Source: an uncultured Acidimicrobiales bacterium
GTDB taxonomy: Bacteria > Actinomycetota > Acidimicrobiia > Acidimicrobiales > DATKAS01
Length of the DNA stretch: 64,000 nt
NCBI GenBank assembly: GCA_963739555.1
Contig: CAVUAV010000005.1
Location: 706,218-770,217 of the forward strand
Reading direction: 5' to 3'
Made by a program: the position numbers and the translations under genes. How positions within the stretch are numbered: position 1 is the stretch's first letter; each line of letters opens with the position of its first letter. The notes under the pieces are model-generated. The model searched no databases and had not been told where the DNA came from. It was given only the letters and a program-made list of their open reading frames with translations. Below are positions 31,393 to 39,902 of this stretch, in pieces.

Positions 31393-32235
31393 TCATGCGG
31401 CGTGCTCTGTCACATGGCCGTTCGTCGTTGGGCGTTCGGGCACCCTTGCGCCCGAACGGAGGCGTCGATGCATGCGAGCGACGCCCTCGAGGTCATGCCA
31501 CACGGTCTTCACGATGCGGACACGGCTGTCCGCGTCCTCGACCCACTCCACCGGCACCTCGTGGAGCCGCAGGTCCATGTGGGTGGCAAGCAGAAGGAGC
31601 TCGGTGTCGAAGAACCACCCGTCGTCTTCGATGAGGGGAAGGAGCTCGGCTGCGGCATCGGCGCGCAGCGCCTTGAAGCCGCATTGCGCGTCGTGGAACG
31701 GGGGGCGGAACGCGGCCCGCAGCACCGCCATGTAGCCGCGGCTCAGCACCTCGCGCTTGGGCGAGCGGCGCACGAGCGACTCGGGCGACAGCCGCGACCC
31801 GATCGCGACGTCCGCGTCGTCTGACACGAGCGGCGCGACGAGCGCGTTCAGCGCGGCGAGGTCGGTCGAGAGGTCGACGTCCATGTACGCGAGGACCTCA
31901 GAGGTGCTCTCCGACCAGACCCGGCGCAACGCACCGCCGCGACCCGCGTCGCGGATCGAGACGAAGCGGACCTCCCGGAGCTCGCTCGCGAGCCGCTGGC
32001 CCAGCAGACGGGTCGCGTCGGTGCTGCCGTTCTCCGCGATCGTGATCTGCCAGGAGTAGGGGAAGTGCTCGCTGAGGTGCTGGTGCAGCCGCTCGACGCT
32101 CGCCTCGATGATCTGCTCTTCGTTGTGCACCGGGAGGGCGATGTCGACCGCCGGGATCGGCGATCGGTCAGGACGGGGCTGATGGGGATGAGCATGGTGC
32201 TGACGGCCTTCCGCGGTGGAGGTGTCTGCAGCCAT
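31393..32235 (-). CDS. GT2 family glycosyltransferase (polyprenyl-phosphate sugar synthase-like)
   Basis: Contains ALPVHNEE, YMDVDLSTD (DxD) and CGFKALR. It lies 10 nt upstream of the GT39 gene on the same strand. Confidence 0.8.
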   Translation of the reverse strand: MAADTSTAEGRQHHAHPHQPRPDRSPIPAVDIALPVHNEEQIIEASVERLHQHLSEHFPYSWQITIAENGSTDATRLLGQRLASELREVRFVSIRDAGRGGALRRVWSESTSEVLAYMDVDLSTDLAALNALVAPLVSDDADVAIGSRLSPESLVRRSPKREVLSRGYMAVLRAAFRPPFHDAQCGFKALRADAAAELLPLIEDDGWFFDTELLLLATHMDLRLHEVPVEWVEDADSRVRIVKTVWHDLEGVARMHRRLRSGARVPERPTTNGHVTEHAA

Positions 32236-32301
32236 GAGCCCGATCCTGCACTGCGTGCCTCTGAGCCTCCTGTGACGTGGCTGGGAAGTCTGTAAAGACC
32301 G

Positions 32302-33060
32302 TCAGCGGGTGCGAGCCGGGTCGAACCCGAAAGGAAGCTCGAGCCGGTTGGCTCGCATGAGCTCGCCGTCAGCGAGGATCTCGCGTGTCGGGCCGTCGGC
32401 CACGATGCGGCCTTCGTTCATCACAAGGGCACGAGGGCAGAGCTCGAGGGCGTACGGAAGGTCGTGGGTCACCATGAGCGTCGTGATTCCCAGCGCCTTC
32501 ACGATGTCGGCGAACTCGCGGCGCGCCATCGGGTCGAGGTTCGACGACGGCTCGTCGAGCACGAGGATGTGCGGCCGCATCGCGAGGACGGTCGCGGCGG
32601 CCACGCGGCGGCGCTGGCCGAAGCTGAGGTGATGCGGGGCGCGCGAGGCGAAGGACTCCATCCCCACCGCCGAGAGCGCCTCGTGCACGCGAGCTTCGAG
32701 CTCGGGCCCCCTGATCCCGAAGTTGGCCGGCCCGAAGGCGACGTCGTCGTGCACGGTCGGCATGAACAGCTGGTCATCGGGATCCTGGAAGACGATGCCG
32801 ACGCGTTGGCGCACTTCGCGCAGGTTCGGCTTGGTGACGGCGAGCCCGGTGACCCTCACCTCGCCGGCGCCGCCACCGAGGATGCCGTTGAGGTGGAGGA
32901 CGAGCGTGGTCTTGCCGGCGCCGTTCGGGCCGAGGAGAGCGACTCGTTCGCCCTCGTCGATGGTGAGGTCGACTCCGAAGAGCGCGCCGTGGCCATCGGG
33001 ATAGGCGAACGTGACGCCGCGGACGTCGAGTGCGGGGACGTCGAGCGCGGGGAGGCTCAC
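32302..33060 (-). CDS. cbiO: ECF transporter ATPase, cobalt type (CbiO)
   Basis: GTG 33060 overlaps the cbiQ stop (GTGA). Contains GPNGAGKTT, LSFGQRRRV and LVLDEPSS. Confidence 0.85.
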   Translation of the reverse strand: MSLPALDVPALDVRGVTFAYPDGHGALFGVDLTIDEGERVALLGPNGAGKTTLVLHLNGILGGGAGEVRVTGLAVTKPNLREVRQRVGIVFQDPDDQLFMPTVHDDVAFGPANFGIRGPELEARVHEALSAVGMESFASRAPHHLSFGQRRRVAAATVLAMRPHILVLDEPSSNLDPMARREFADIVKALGITTLMVTHDLPYALELCPRALVMNEGRIVADGPTREILADGELMRANRLELPFGFDPARTR

Positions 33061-33815
33061 ACCAGCACCCACGCGACCGCGGCGATGACCGCGCCGACGG
33101 CCGGCAGGGCCATCGCGACGAGCCACTGGTCCGCGGGAGCCGAGTGGTCCTCGACCATCGGCATCGTGCCCTCGTAACCCCGTGACGCCATCGCGAGGTA
33201 CACGCGCTCGCCGCGCTCGTACGAGCGGATGAACAGCGTGCCGGCCGATGCCGCAGTGGCCTTGGCCTGCCAGAGCCATCTCGGATCCGACCCTCTCGAC
33301 ACGCGGGCGACCCGCATGCGGTGCAGCTCGGAGGCGATGACATCGGTGTACCGGATCATGAACGAGCAGATCCCGACGAACACCTTCGGGAGGCGCAGGT
33401 GCTCGAGCCCATGGAGGAGGTCGGGCACGGGAGTGGTCGCCGCCATGATCACGGTCGTCGCCACACCGAGCGTGCCCTTCACGAGGATGTTCCACATCCC
33501 CCACAAGCCGGCGACCGACAGCGACATGCCGAGCACCTCGACGCGCTCGCCCTGCCCGACGACAGGGAGGAGCAGTGCGAACGCGAGGAACGGCACCTCG
33601 ATCACGAGCCGGCGCAAGACGAACGTGACCGGGATCTGACCGAGCAGCATCAACCCGAAGAGGATGAGAGCGAAGAGCCCGAACGCCGCGAACGCCTCAC
33701 GTGGGGTGGCGACGACGGCGAGCACGAACAGCACGGTCGCCGCGAGCTTGCACTGCGGCGCGAACCGGTGGAGCGGCGAGTCGCCCGGGACGTAGAGGTG
33801 GTGGTTGCCGCTCAC
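33057..33815 (-). CDS. cbiQ: ECF transporter T component (CbiQ)
   Basis: GTG 33815 overlaps the upstream stop (GTGA). Polytopic membrane protein with the CbiQ-typical ..RVARVSRG.. loop. Confidence 0.8.
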   Translation of the reverse strand: MSGNHHLYVPGDSPLHRFAPQCKLAATVLFVLAVVATPREAFAAFGLFALILFGLMLLGQIPVTFVLRRLVIEVPFLAFALLLPVVGQGERVEVLGMSLSVAGLWGMWNILVKGTLGVATTVIMAATTPVPDLLHGLEHLRLPKVFVGICSFMIRYTDVIASELHRMRVARVSRGSDPRWLWQAKATAASAGTLFIRSYERGERVYLAMASRGYEGTMPMVEDHSAPADQWLVAMALPAVGAVIAAVAWVLV

Positions 33816-34126
33816 GTGGATGCCGTCCGCCGGCGGCGTGACACCCGCACGATCGTCAGCACGCCGCACCCGATGGCGAAGGTGAGCGCGACGCCGATGA
33901 CGCCCGACAGGCCCTTGCTCAGCCGCGTGTCGTGCACGCCGTCGACGCCATATCCCGCGAGCGGACTGCCGTCCGCGGGGCTGGCCTTGACCCCCGAGTC
34001 GAACGCCTTGTCCGCGGCGACCTTGTTCAGTCCGTCGGGCTTCGAGCTCGCATACGGGCTGACGAAGAAGGCGAGCCCGAATGCCACCAGCAGCCCGACG
34101 GCGAGGAAGACCGCGATCCGCCTCAC
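33812..34126 (-). CDS. PDGLE-domain membrane protein (CbiN-equivalent of CbiMNQO)
   Basis: GVIGVALTFAIGCGVL C-terminal TM helix, and SSKPDGLNKVA (PDGL motif) after the first TM helix. GTG 34126 overlaps the cbiM stop (GTGA). Confidence 0.7.
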   Translation of the reverse strand: MRRIAVFLAVGLLVAFGLAFFVSPYASSKPDGLNKVAADKAFDSGVKASPADGSPLAGYGVDGVHDTRLSKGLSGVIGVALTFAIGCGVLTIVRVSRRRRTAST

Positions 34127-34803
34127 GCGGCGACCGCCGGTGCGACGGGATGCATCGTCAAGTCCGCGGCGCCCCACACGAGATCAGGCCGGACCGCGAG
34201 CACCGATGCGATCGCCATCGCGGTGATGACGCCCTCGCCGATGCCGATGAGCACGTGCACGCCGATCATGGCTGCCGCGACCGTGCCGACCGACGCCGCG
34301 CCGTTCCCACCCAGCGCGTACTCGAGAGTGAACGCCAGGGCAGCGAGCGGGGGAGCGAGCCCGGCCGCGATCCCCGATGCGACCGTGACGCCCCCCTTCG
34401 TGCGCGGCAGCAGCTTCTTGACGACGAGGAAGATGGCGTACCCACCGAACGCACCGACCATCGCCATGTTGATGATGTTGAGCCCGAGCGCGCTCACCCC
34501 TCCGTCCGCGAAGAGGAGGCACTGCACCGTCAGCACGACCGAGACGCACAGCGTTCCGACCCACGGCCCGACGAGCACCGCCGCGAGGACACCGCCGAGC
34601 AAGTGCCCGCTCGTGCCGCTCGCGACCGGGAAGTTCAACATCTGCACCGCGAACACGAACGCCGCGGTCAGCCCCGCGAGCGGGATCTGCTTGTCCTCCA
34701 TCGTCTGCGAGGCCTTCTTCAAGCACACCGCCAGCCCGGCGACTGCGACCGCGCCGCCCGCCACCGACGTCGGTCCGTCGATGAATCCATCGGGGATGTG
34801 CAT
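34123..34803 (-). CDS. cbiM: ECF transporter substrate-capture component CbiM (cobalt/nickel)
   Basis: The start is taken at ATG 34803 so that the protein begins MHIPDGF, the conserved metal-binding N-terminus of CbiM/NikM. Confidence 0.85.
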   Translation of the reverse strand: MHIPDGFIDGPTSVAGGAVAVAGLAVCLKKASQTMEDKQIPLAGLTAAFVFAVQMLNFPVASGTSGHLLGGVLAAVLVGPWVGTLCVSVVLTVQCLLFADGGVSALGLNIINMAMVGAFGGYAIFLVVKKLLPRTKGGVTVASGIAAGLAPPLAALAFTLEYALGGNGAASVGTVAAAMIGVHVLIGIGEGVITAMAIASVLAVRPDLVWGAADLTMHPVAPAVAA

Positions 34804-34823
34804 CGCCACCGACCTTAAAGTTG

Positions 34824-34840
34824 TTGCAAGTGACCTGCAA
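34824..34840. promoter_or_regulatory. Inverted repeat TTGCA-N7-TGCAA about 20 nt upstream of cbiM (candidate operator)
   Basis: TTGCAAGTGACCTGCAA lies in the roughly 100-nt divergent region between cbiM (34803, minus strand) and the PhyH gene (34904, plus strand). It is relatively AT-rich for this DNA. Confidence 0.35.
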
Positions 34841-34903
34841 TAGGCGCAATCCGCACCCTCACTTCAGAACCCGTCGGCTCTTCGGCGCTCGTAGGCTGTC
34901 CGG

Positions 34904-35743
34904 ATGAGCACGGATCTCCGGCAGGTGCGCGTCCTCGATCCCGATGCATCGGCTGACGACGTGGCGGCGGTGCTCGCCGAGGACGGGTGCGTGAGCGTCG
35001 CAGAGCTCGTCTCCTCGCAGGTCATGGACGACGTCCATCACGAGATGGCGCCGTACATCGAGGCGACGCCGATGGGTCCCGACGACTTCAGTGGTCACCG
35101 CACCCGGCGCACCGGCAGCATGATCGCCCGCTCGCCGTCATTCCGTCCGCTCGCGAAGCATCCGCTCGTCATCGGCACGCTCGACCGCGTGCTCGGCGAT
35201 CACGCGACGAGCTACCAGCTCCACCTCACGCAGGTGATCGACATCGGGCCCGGCGAGCCCGGGCAGCTCGTCCATCGTGACCAATGGGCGTTCGACTGGT
35301 TCCCCTTCCCCGCCGGCTACGAGGTCGAGTGCCACGTGATGTGGGCGATGACCGACTTCACCGAGCTGAACGGCGCGACGCGCGTGATCCCGGGCAGCCA
35401 CAAGTGGGAAGACAAGCTGCGGCCGGCCTACGAAGAGACCGTGCCGGCCGAGATGCCGAAGGGCTCGGTCTTCCTCTACGTCGGCTCCGTGTACCACGGC
35501 GGCGGCGCGAATCGCTCGAGTGAGCGCAGGCTCGGCATCAACGTGGGCTACACGCTCTCGTGGCTGCGGCAAGAGGAGAACCAGTACCTCGCCTGCCCGC
35601 CCGAGGTCGCGCGCACGATCGACGAGGACCTCGCGAAGCTGATCGGGTACCGGCGGGGCGCGTACGCGCTCGGGTACTTCGGCGACCTGCAAGATCCGAT
35701 GGAGGCCGTGCACGGCCCACGCGACCGGGGGTTCAACACGTGA
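34904..35743 (+). CDS. Phytanoyl-CoA dioxygenase (PhyH) family Fe(II)/2-oxoglutarate oxygenase
   Basis: Intact 279 aa with LVHRDQW (HxD), NGATRVIPGSHKW and VYHGGGANRS. Confidence 0.8.
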   Translation: MSTDLRQVRVLDPDASADDVAAVLAEDGCVSVAELVSSQVMDDVHHEMAPYIEATPMGPDDFSGHRTRRTGSMIARSPSFRPLAKHPLVIGTLDRVLGDHATSYQLHLTQVIDIGPGEPGQLVHRDQWAFDWFPFPAGYEVECHVMWAMTDFTELNGATRVIPGSHKWEDKLRPAYEETVPAEMPKGSVFLYVGSVYHGGGANRSSERRLGINVGYTLSWLRQEENQYLACPPEVARTIDEDLAKLIGYRRGAYALGYFGDLQDPMEAVHGPRDRGFNT

Positions 35744-37075
35744 GCGACATCCGCGACGCTGCTCGCCGTCACCTCATCCCGCACTTCACCAAGGCCGAGG
35801 CGTGGCAGAGCCCCCAGCTCCCCGTGTACGTGCGCGGCGACGGTGCCTACCTGTGGGACGACGCCGGGCGGCAGGTGCTCGACGGCTTGAGCGGTCTCTT
35901 CTGCGTGCAGATCGGGCATGGCCGTGCCGATCTCGGCGCGGTGGCCGCCAAGCAGATGGAGACGCTCGCGTTCACGACGAACTGGGGGGTCGTGAGCCCG
36001 CCTTCGATCGAGGCCGCAGCACTCATCGCCGACCTCGCGCCCGGCGATCTCGAGCACGTGTTCTTCGTCAGCTCCGGCTCCGAGGCAGTCGAGTCCGCGG
36101 CAAAGCTCGCTCGCAACTATCACGTCGCCCGGGGCGACGAAGGCCGGTACAAGGTCATCTCCCGCGAGTGGGCGTACCACGGCACGACCCTGGGCGCGCT
36201 CTCCATCACCGCGGTGCCGCGCCTGCGCGCGCCCTTCCTCCCGATGCTCTGGGACGGCGTGCGAAACGTGCCCAACACGTTGCACGGGGGCTTGGAGCGC
36301 GTGCGCGCGATCGAGGACAAGATCCTCGAGGAGGGGCCGGAGACCGTCGCGATGGTGATCGCGGAGCCGGTGCAGAACGGGCGCGGCGCACTCGTGCCGC
36401 CCGACGGCTACTGGCCCGAGCTTCGACGCATCTGCGACAAGTACGGCGTGCTGCCTGTGCGCCGACGAGGTGATCAACGGCTTCGGGCGACTCGGTGCGT
36501 GGTTCGGCAGCGAGCTGTTCGGTGTCGTTCCCGACCTCCTCACGTTTGCGAAGGGCGTGACCTCCGCGTACGCGCCCCTGGGCGGTGTCATCGCCACGAA
36601 CAAGGTGGTCGACGACATCGCGGCGTCGCCGCTCGCGAGCTTCGTGCACGGGTCGACGTTCGGCGGCCATCCGGTCGCGACTGCCGTCGCGGTGGCGAAC
36701 CTCATGGCGATGCGCGAGGAGCGGGTCGTCGAGAACGTCGTCGCCCATCAGGACCATCTCGCGAACCGCATGCGCGACCTCCACGACACCTACGACGTCG
36801 TGAAGGAGGTCCGCGGAATGGGTTACTTCTACGCGATCGAGCTCATGGCGAGCCGGGCCGGGGAACGGGAGCTCACGGCCGAGCAGTCGGCCGGGCTGCT
36901 GGGCGGCGAGCTGACCCGATTCATCCGCGAGGCGGCCCTCCACATCCGCGCCGACGACCGTGGCGCGACGATGCTCGCCATCGCCCCGCCCTTGATCTGC
37001 GGCCCGGAAGAGCTCGATGACCTGGTCGCCCGGGTCGCCCAGGTCATCGAAAAGACGGCCGCCTGGCTGGCGTGA
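35740..37075 (+). pseudogene. Class III (omega-) aminotransferase; frame interrupted at about 36455
   Basis: GTG 35740 overlaps the PhyH stop (GTGA). ..LFCVQIGHGR..SGSEAVESA..ICDKYGVL continues as LCADEVINGFGRLGAWFG..TFAKGVTSAYAPLGG..STFGGHP in ORF 36470..37075. One extra C in ..CTGCCTGTGC.. accounts for the break. Confidence 0.85.
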
Positions 37076-37286
37076 CACAATCCGGAGCGTTCTTTGGTGG
37101 ATCCGCGCGTGACCAGCGCTTTTGGGTCACAGTTGGGTGACATCGACGTTTCGGGGTTGCAAACGGGGGGTGACGCGCGCCACGCTGGGAACTCTCTTCG
37201 TACGCTTAGCGTCAATACATCCTGCGAGCCGTGTTCCCCCCTCGGCTTGGATCCGTTCGCTTACCACCCCTTGCCAGGAGTAGCTC

Positions 37287-38213
37287 GTGCCCGCCGCTGC
37301 CGTAACTGATGACGACCTCGTTCGTATCTACCTGTCCGAGATCGGCCGTCACGCCCTACTCACGAAGGCCGACGAGGCGCGCCTCGGCGCCCAGGTCAAG
37401 GCCGGGCTCGCCGCCGTCGACGAGCTCGCAAAGGGTGGTCACACCCCTGCCCGCAAGCGTGAGCTCACCAAGCTGATCCGCGTCGGCGAGCACGCCAAGG
37501 ACACGTTCGTGAAGGCGAACCTTCGCCTCGTCGTGTCGATCGCGAAGAAGTACCAGTCGGCCGACCTGCCGCTCCTCGACCTGATCCAGGAGGGCAACAT
37601 CGGCCTCATGCACGCGGTCGACAAGTTCGACGCGGACAAGGGCTTCAAGTTCTCGACCTACGCGACGTGGTGGATCCGCCAGGCGATCACCCGCGGCATC
37701 GCCAACACGGGCCGCACGATCCGCCTCCCAGTCCACGCCGTCGACCAGGTCAAGCTGCTCCAGAAGGCGCGGCAAGAGCTGACCGAGCGCCTGGGGCGTC
37801 AGCCCCGCGACGCCGAGCTCGCCGACGCGCTCGACGTGGGCATCGAGAAGCTCCACGAGATCATGGCGTTCGCCCGCATCCCCGGCTCGCTCGACGCGCC
37901 GCTCACCGACGACGGCGACACCGAGCTCGGCGACCTCGTCGGCGACCCGAACGCCGAGTCGCCCGCCGACATGGCCGTGCTCGCGTGCCTGCCCGATGAC
38001 ACCGAGGAAGTGCTCGCGGTCCTCGACGAGCGCGAGCGCCGCGTGCTCAAGCTTCGCTTCGGCCTCGACCGCGGCGAGCCCCGCACCCTCGACGAGGTCG
38101 GCGAGGTGTTCCAGCTCACGCGCGAGCGCATCCGCCAGATCGAGGCTCGGGCGCTGGTCAAGCTGCGGCACCCCGCGACCGGCGACAAGGTCCGCTCGCT
38201 CGTCGCGAACTAG
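37287..38213 (+). CDS. RNA polymerase sigma-70 family factor, group 2 (principal-like)
   Basis: RBS CCAGGAG followed by GTG 37287. Regions 2-4 are intact: DLIQEGNIGLMHAVDKFD, FSTYATWWIRQAITR, and TLDEVGEVFQLTRERIRQIEARAL. Confidence 0.9.
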   Translation: MPAAAVTDDDLVRIYLSEIGRHALLTKADEARLGAQVKAGLAAVDELAKGGHTPARKRELTKLIRVGEHAKDTFVKANLRLVVSIAKKYQSADLPLLDLIQEGNIGLMHAVDKFDADKGFKFSTYATWWIRQAITRGIANTGRTIRLPVHAVDQVKLLQKARQELTERLGRQPRDAELADALDVGIEKLHEIMAFARIPGSLDAPLTDDGDTELGDLVGDPNAESPADMAVLACLPDDTEEVLAVLDERERRVLKLRFGLDRGEPRTLDEVGEVFQLTRERIRQIEARALVKLRHPATGDKVRSLVAN

Positions 38214-38834
38214 CTCTCCTTCAGCAGCGCGTACCAGATGCGGTGCGCGACGTGCACGAGGCCGTCCGAGATCGCCAAGAGGGCTCGGTAGGCCTCATAA
38301 GTCGTTACGACTGAGAGCGGGTCCTCTGCTCCGGTCGGTCCTGAGGGAAGCGATCGCGGCCCGATACACCTTCTCCACCTTGCGCGCGCAGTGGGTCGCC
38401 TCGTCTGCCCGCTCGCTCGCTTCCTTCGGGTCTCGGCGGATCAACCGCACCGCGTGGCTGAGATGCTGCGTGCCCTCCAGCAGCCATTGCGAGATCTCAG
38501 CGGTCGCCTTGTCGGGCTTCCACTCGAGTGCCTCGGCATCGCGCACCGCGTTCTTCGCGCCGTTGATGACGGTGTCGAGCCGTTCCGACATCGTGTAAAG
38601 GTCTTCGGGATCGAGCGGCGTGACGAGCGCCTTGCGCAGCACCTCCATCAACCTGCGACGCGCCTCGTCGGCGGCGTGTTCCGCGTGGCGCACGGCAACG
38701 GCGTCTTCCTCGCTCCCGCTCGCCGCCCATGCCGCGAAGCTCTCCATCCCGCGGACCGTCTCCTCGACCTGCGCGTCGAAGAGAGCCAGCACGTCCGGCT
38801 CGCCGGAGAGGAACCACGGCAGCCGGAGCGCCAT
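38210..38834 (-). pseudogene. DUF47 (PhoU-like, PiT-associated) protein; frame interrupted at about 38345
   Basis: ORF 38295..38834 gives ..EHAADEARRRL..PLDPEDLY..KVEKVYRAAIASL. The typical C-terminus EDPLSVVTTYEAYRALLAISDGLVHVAHRIWYALLKES is in another frame and ends at TAG 38212-38210, sharing the CTAG with the sigma-factor stop. Confidence 0.75.
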
Positions 38835-38879
38835 CGCGTCAGCCTCGCACGTGTCGCCTGCCGCGCGGCGTGGTTCGGG

Positions 38880-39875
38880 TCAGCGGACGGCGTCGAGGAT
38901 CGCGAAGACGGCAGCGCCCGCGGCCATGCTCACCGGCAGCGAAGCAGCCCACGCGATCCCGATGCGCAGGACCGTCGCCCAATGCACGTGGTGCGGGCGG
39001 ACCGCCAACCCCGTGCCGACGACCCCTGAGGCGACTACCGCAGTCGTGCTCACCGGGGCGCCGACGACCGACGACGCGAGGATGACGACCGCCGACGTCG
39101 TCTCCGCGGTGACGGCGTCGAGCGGGCGACTCGGGTAGAGGCGGCGACTGACGGTGCGCAACACGCGAGCGCCGAGCAGGGTGCCGACCGCGAGCGTGAC
39201 GCCGACGGTGAGCCGCACCCAGAACGGGATGTCACCGGCTGTGGCAGATCCGCTGGCGACGAGCACCGCCGTGATGACCGCCATCGCCTTCTGTCCGTCG
39301 TTGGTTCCGTCCGCGAAGCCGACGAGCCCCGAGCTGATCCAAAGCGTTGCGTGCAGGGGATGACGCATCTGCCGCGATGCCCGCTTCAGCACTCGGCCCA
39401 CGACCCGTCGCCCGACGACGGCCGCCGAGATGCCCAGCGCCGGAGCGACCACCATGGCCAGCGCAGCGCCGAGCACGCCGTAGGGCTTGATGCCGTGGAG
39501 GCCGCCCCACACGACTGCGCCCCGGCCATCAGCGTTCCATGCTGCCCCCGCGAGAGCGCCGACCAGCGCGAGCCCTGCGCTGATCGGAATGCCCGCGCGC
39601 GACGCGAACACGAGGAGGACGACCGCGGCAACCGATCCCGCGGCCATCACGGTGATGACGTCGACCGCGGGGACGTCGATCGCGCTGAGCACGGCCGATG
39701 CGACCGCGGTCCCCGACAGCACCGCGCCAGCCACATGGGAGACGAAAGCGAGGGCGAAGATCTTGCGGATGCTCCCGAGACGAGCGGAGGCCAGGTTGGC
39801 GCTCGCGTTGCCGGCGTCGGCCATCCCCATCGTGAGGGCGAGCGCGAACGCCGCCGCGATCGCGAGGGCGGTCAC
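38880..39875 (-). CDS. Inorganic phosphate transporter (PiT/PHO4 family)
   Basis: Intact polytopic 331-aa ORF. GFADGTNDGQKAM is the PiT signature. It sits directly upstream of the DUF47 partner. Confidence 0.8.
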   Translation of the reverse strand: MTALAIAAAFALALTMGMADAGNASANLASARLGSIRKIFALAFVSHVAGAVLSGTAVASAVLSAIDVPAVDVITVMAAGSVAAVVLLVFASRAGIPISAGLALVGALAGAAWNADGRGAVVWGGLHGIKPYGVLGAALAMVVAPALGISAAVVGRRVVGRVLKRASRQMRHPLHATLWISSGLVGFADGTNDGQKAMAVITAVLVASGSATAGDIPFWVRLTVGVTLAVGTLLGARVLRTVSRRLYPSRPLDAVTAETTSAVVILASSVVGAPVSTTAVVASGVVGTGLAVRPHHVHWATVLRIGIAWAASLPVSMAAGAAVFAILDAVR

Positions 39876-39902
39876 GAGGGCGGTCAGCCCTGCATCACGG
39901 GG

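Noticed and set aside
34804-34903. Cobalamin or NiCo riboswitch upstream of cbiM.
   Set aside because: Only about 100 nt are available between divergent starts, too short for a cobalamin riboswitch. I could not recognise a B12-box-like core by eye. A covariance-model scan would be the decisive test.
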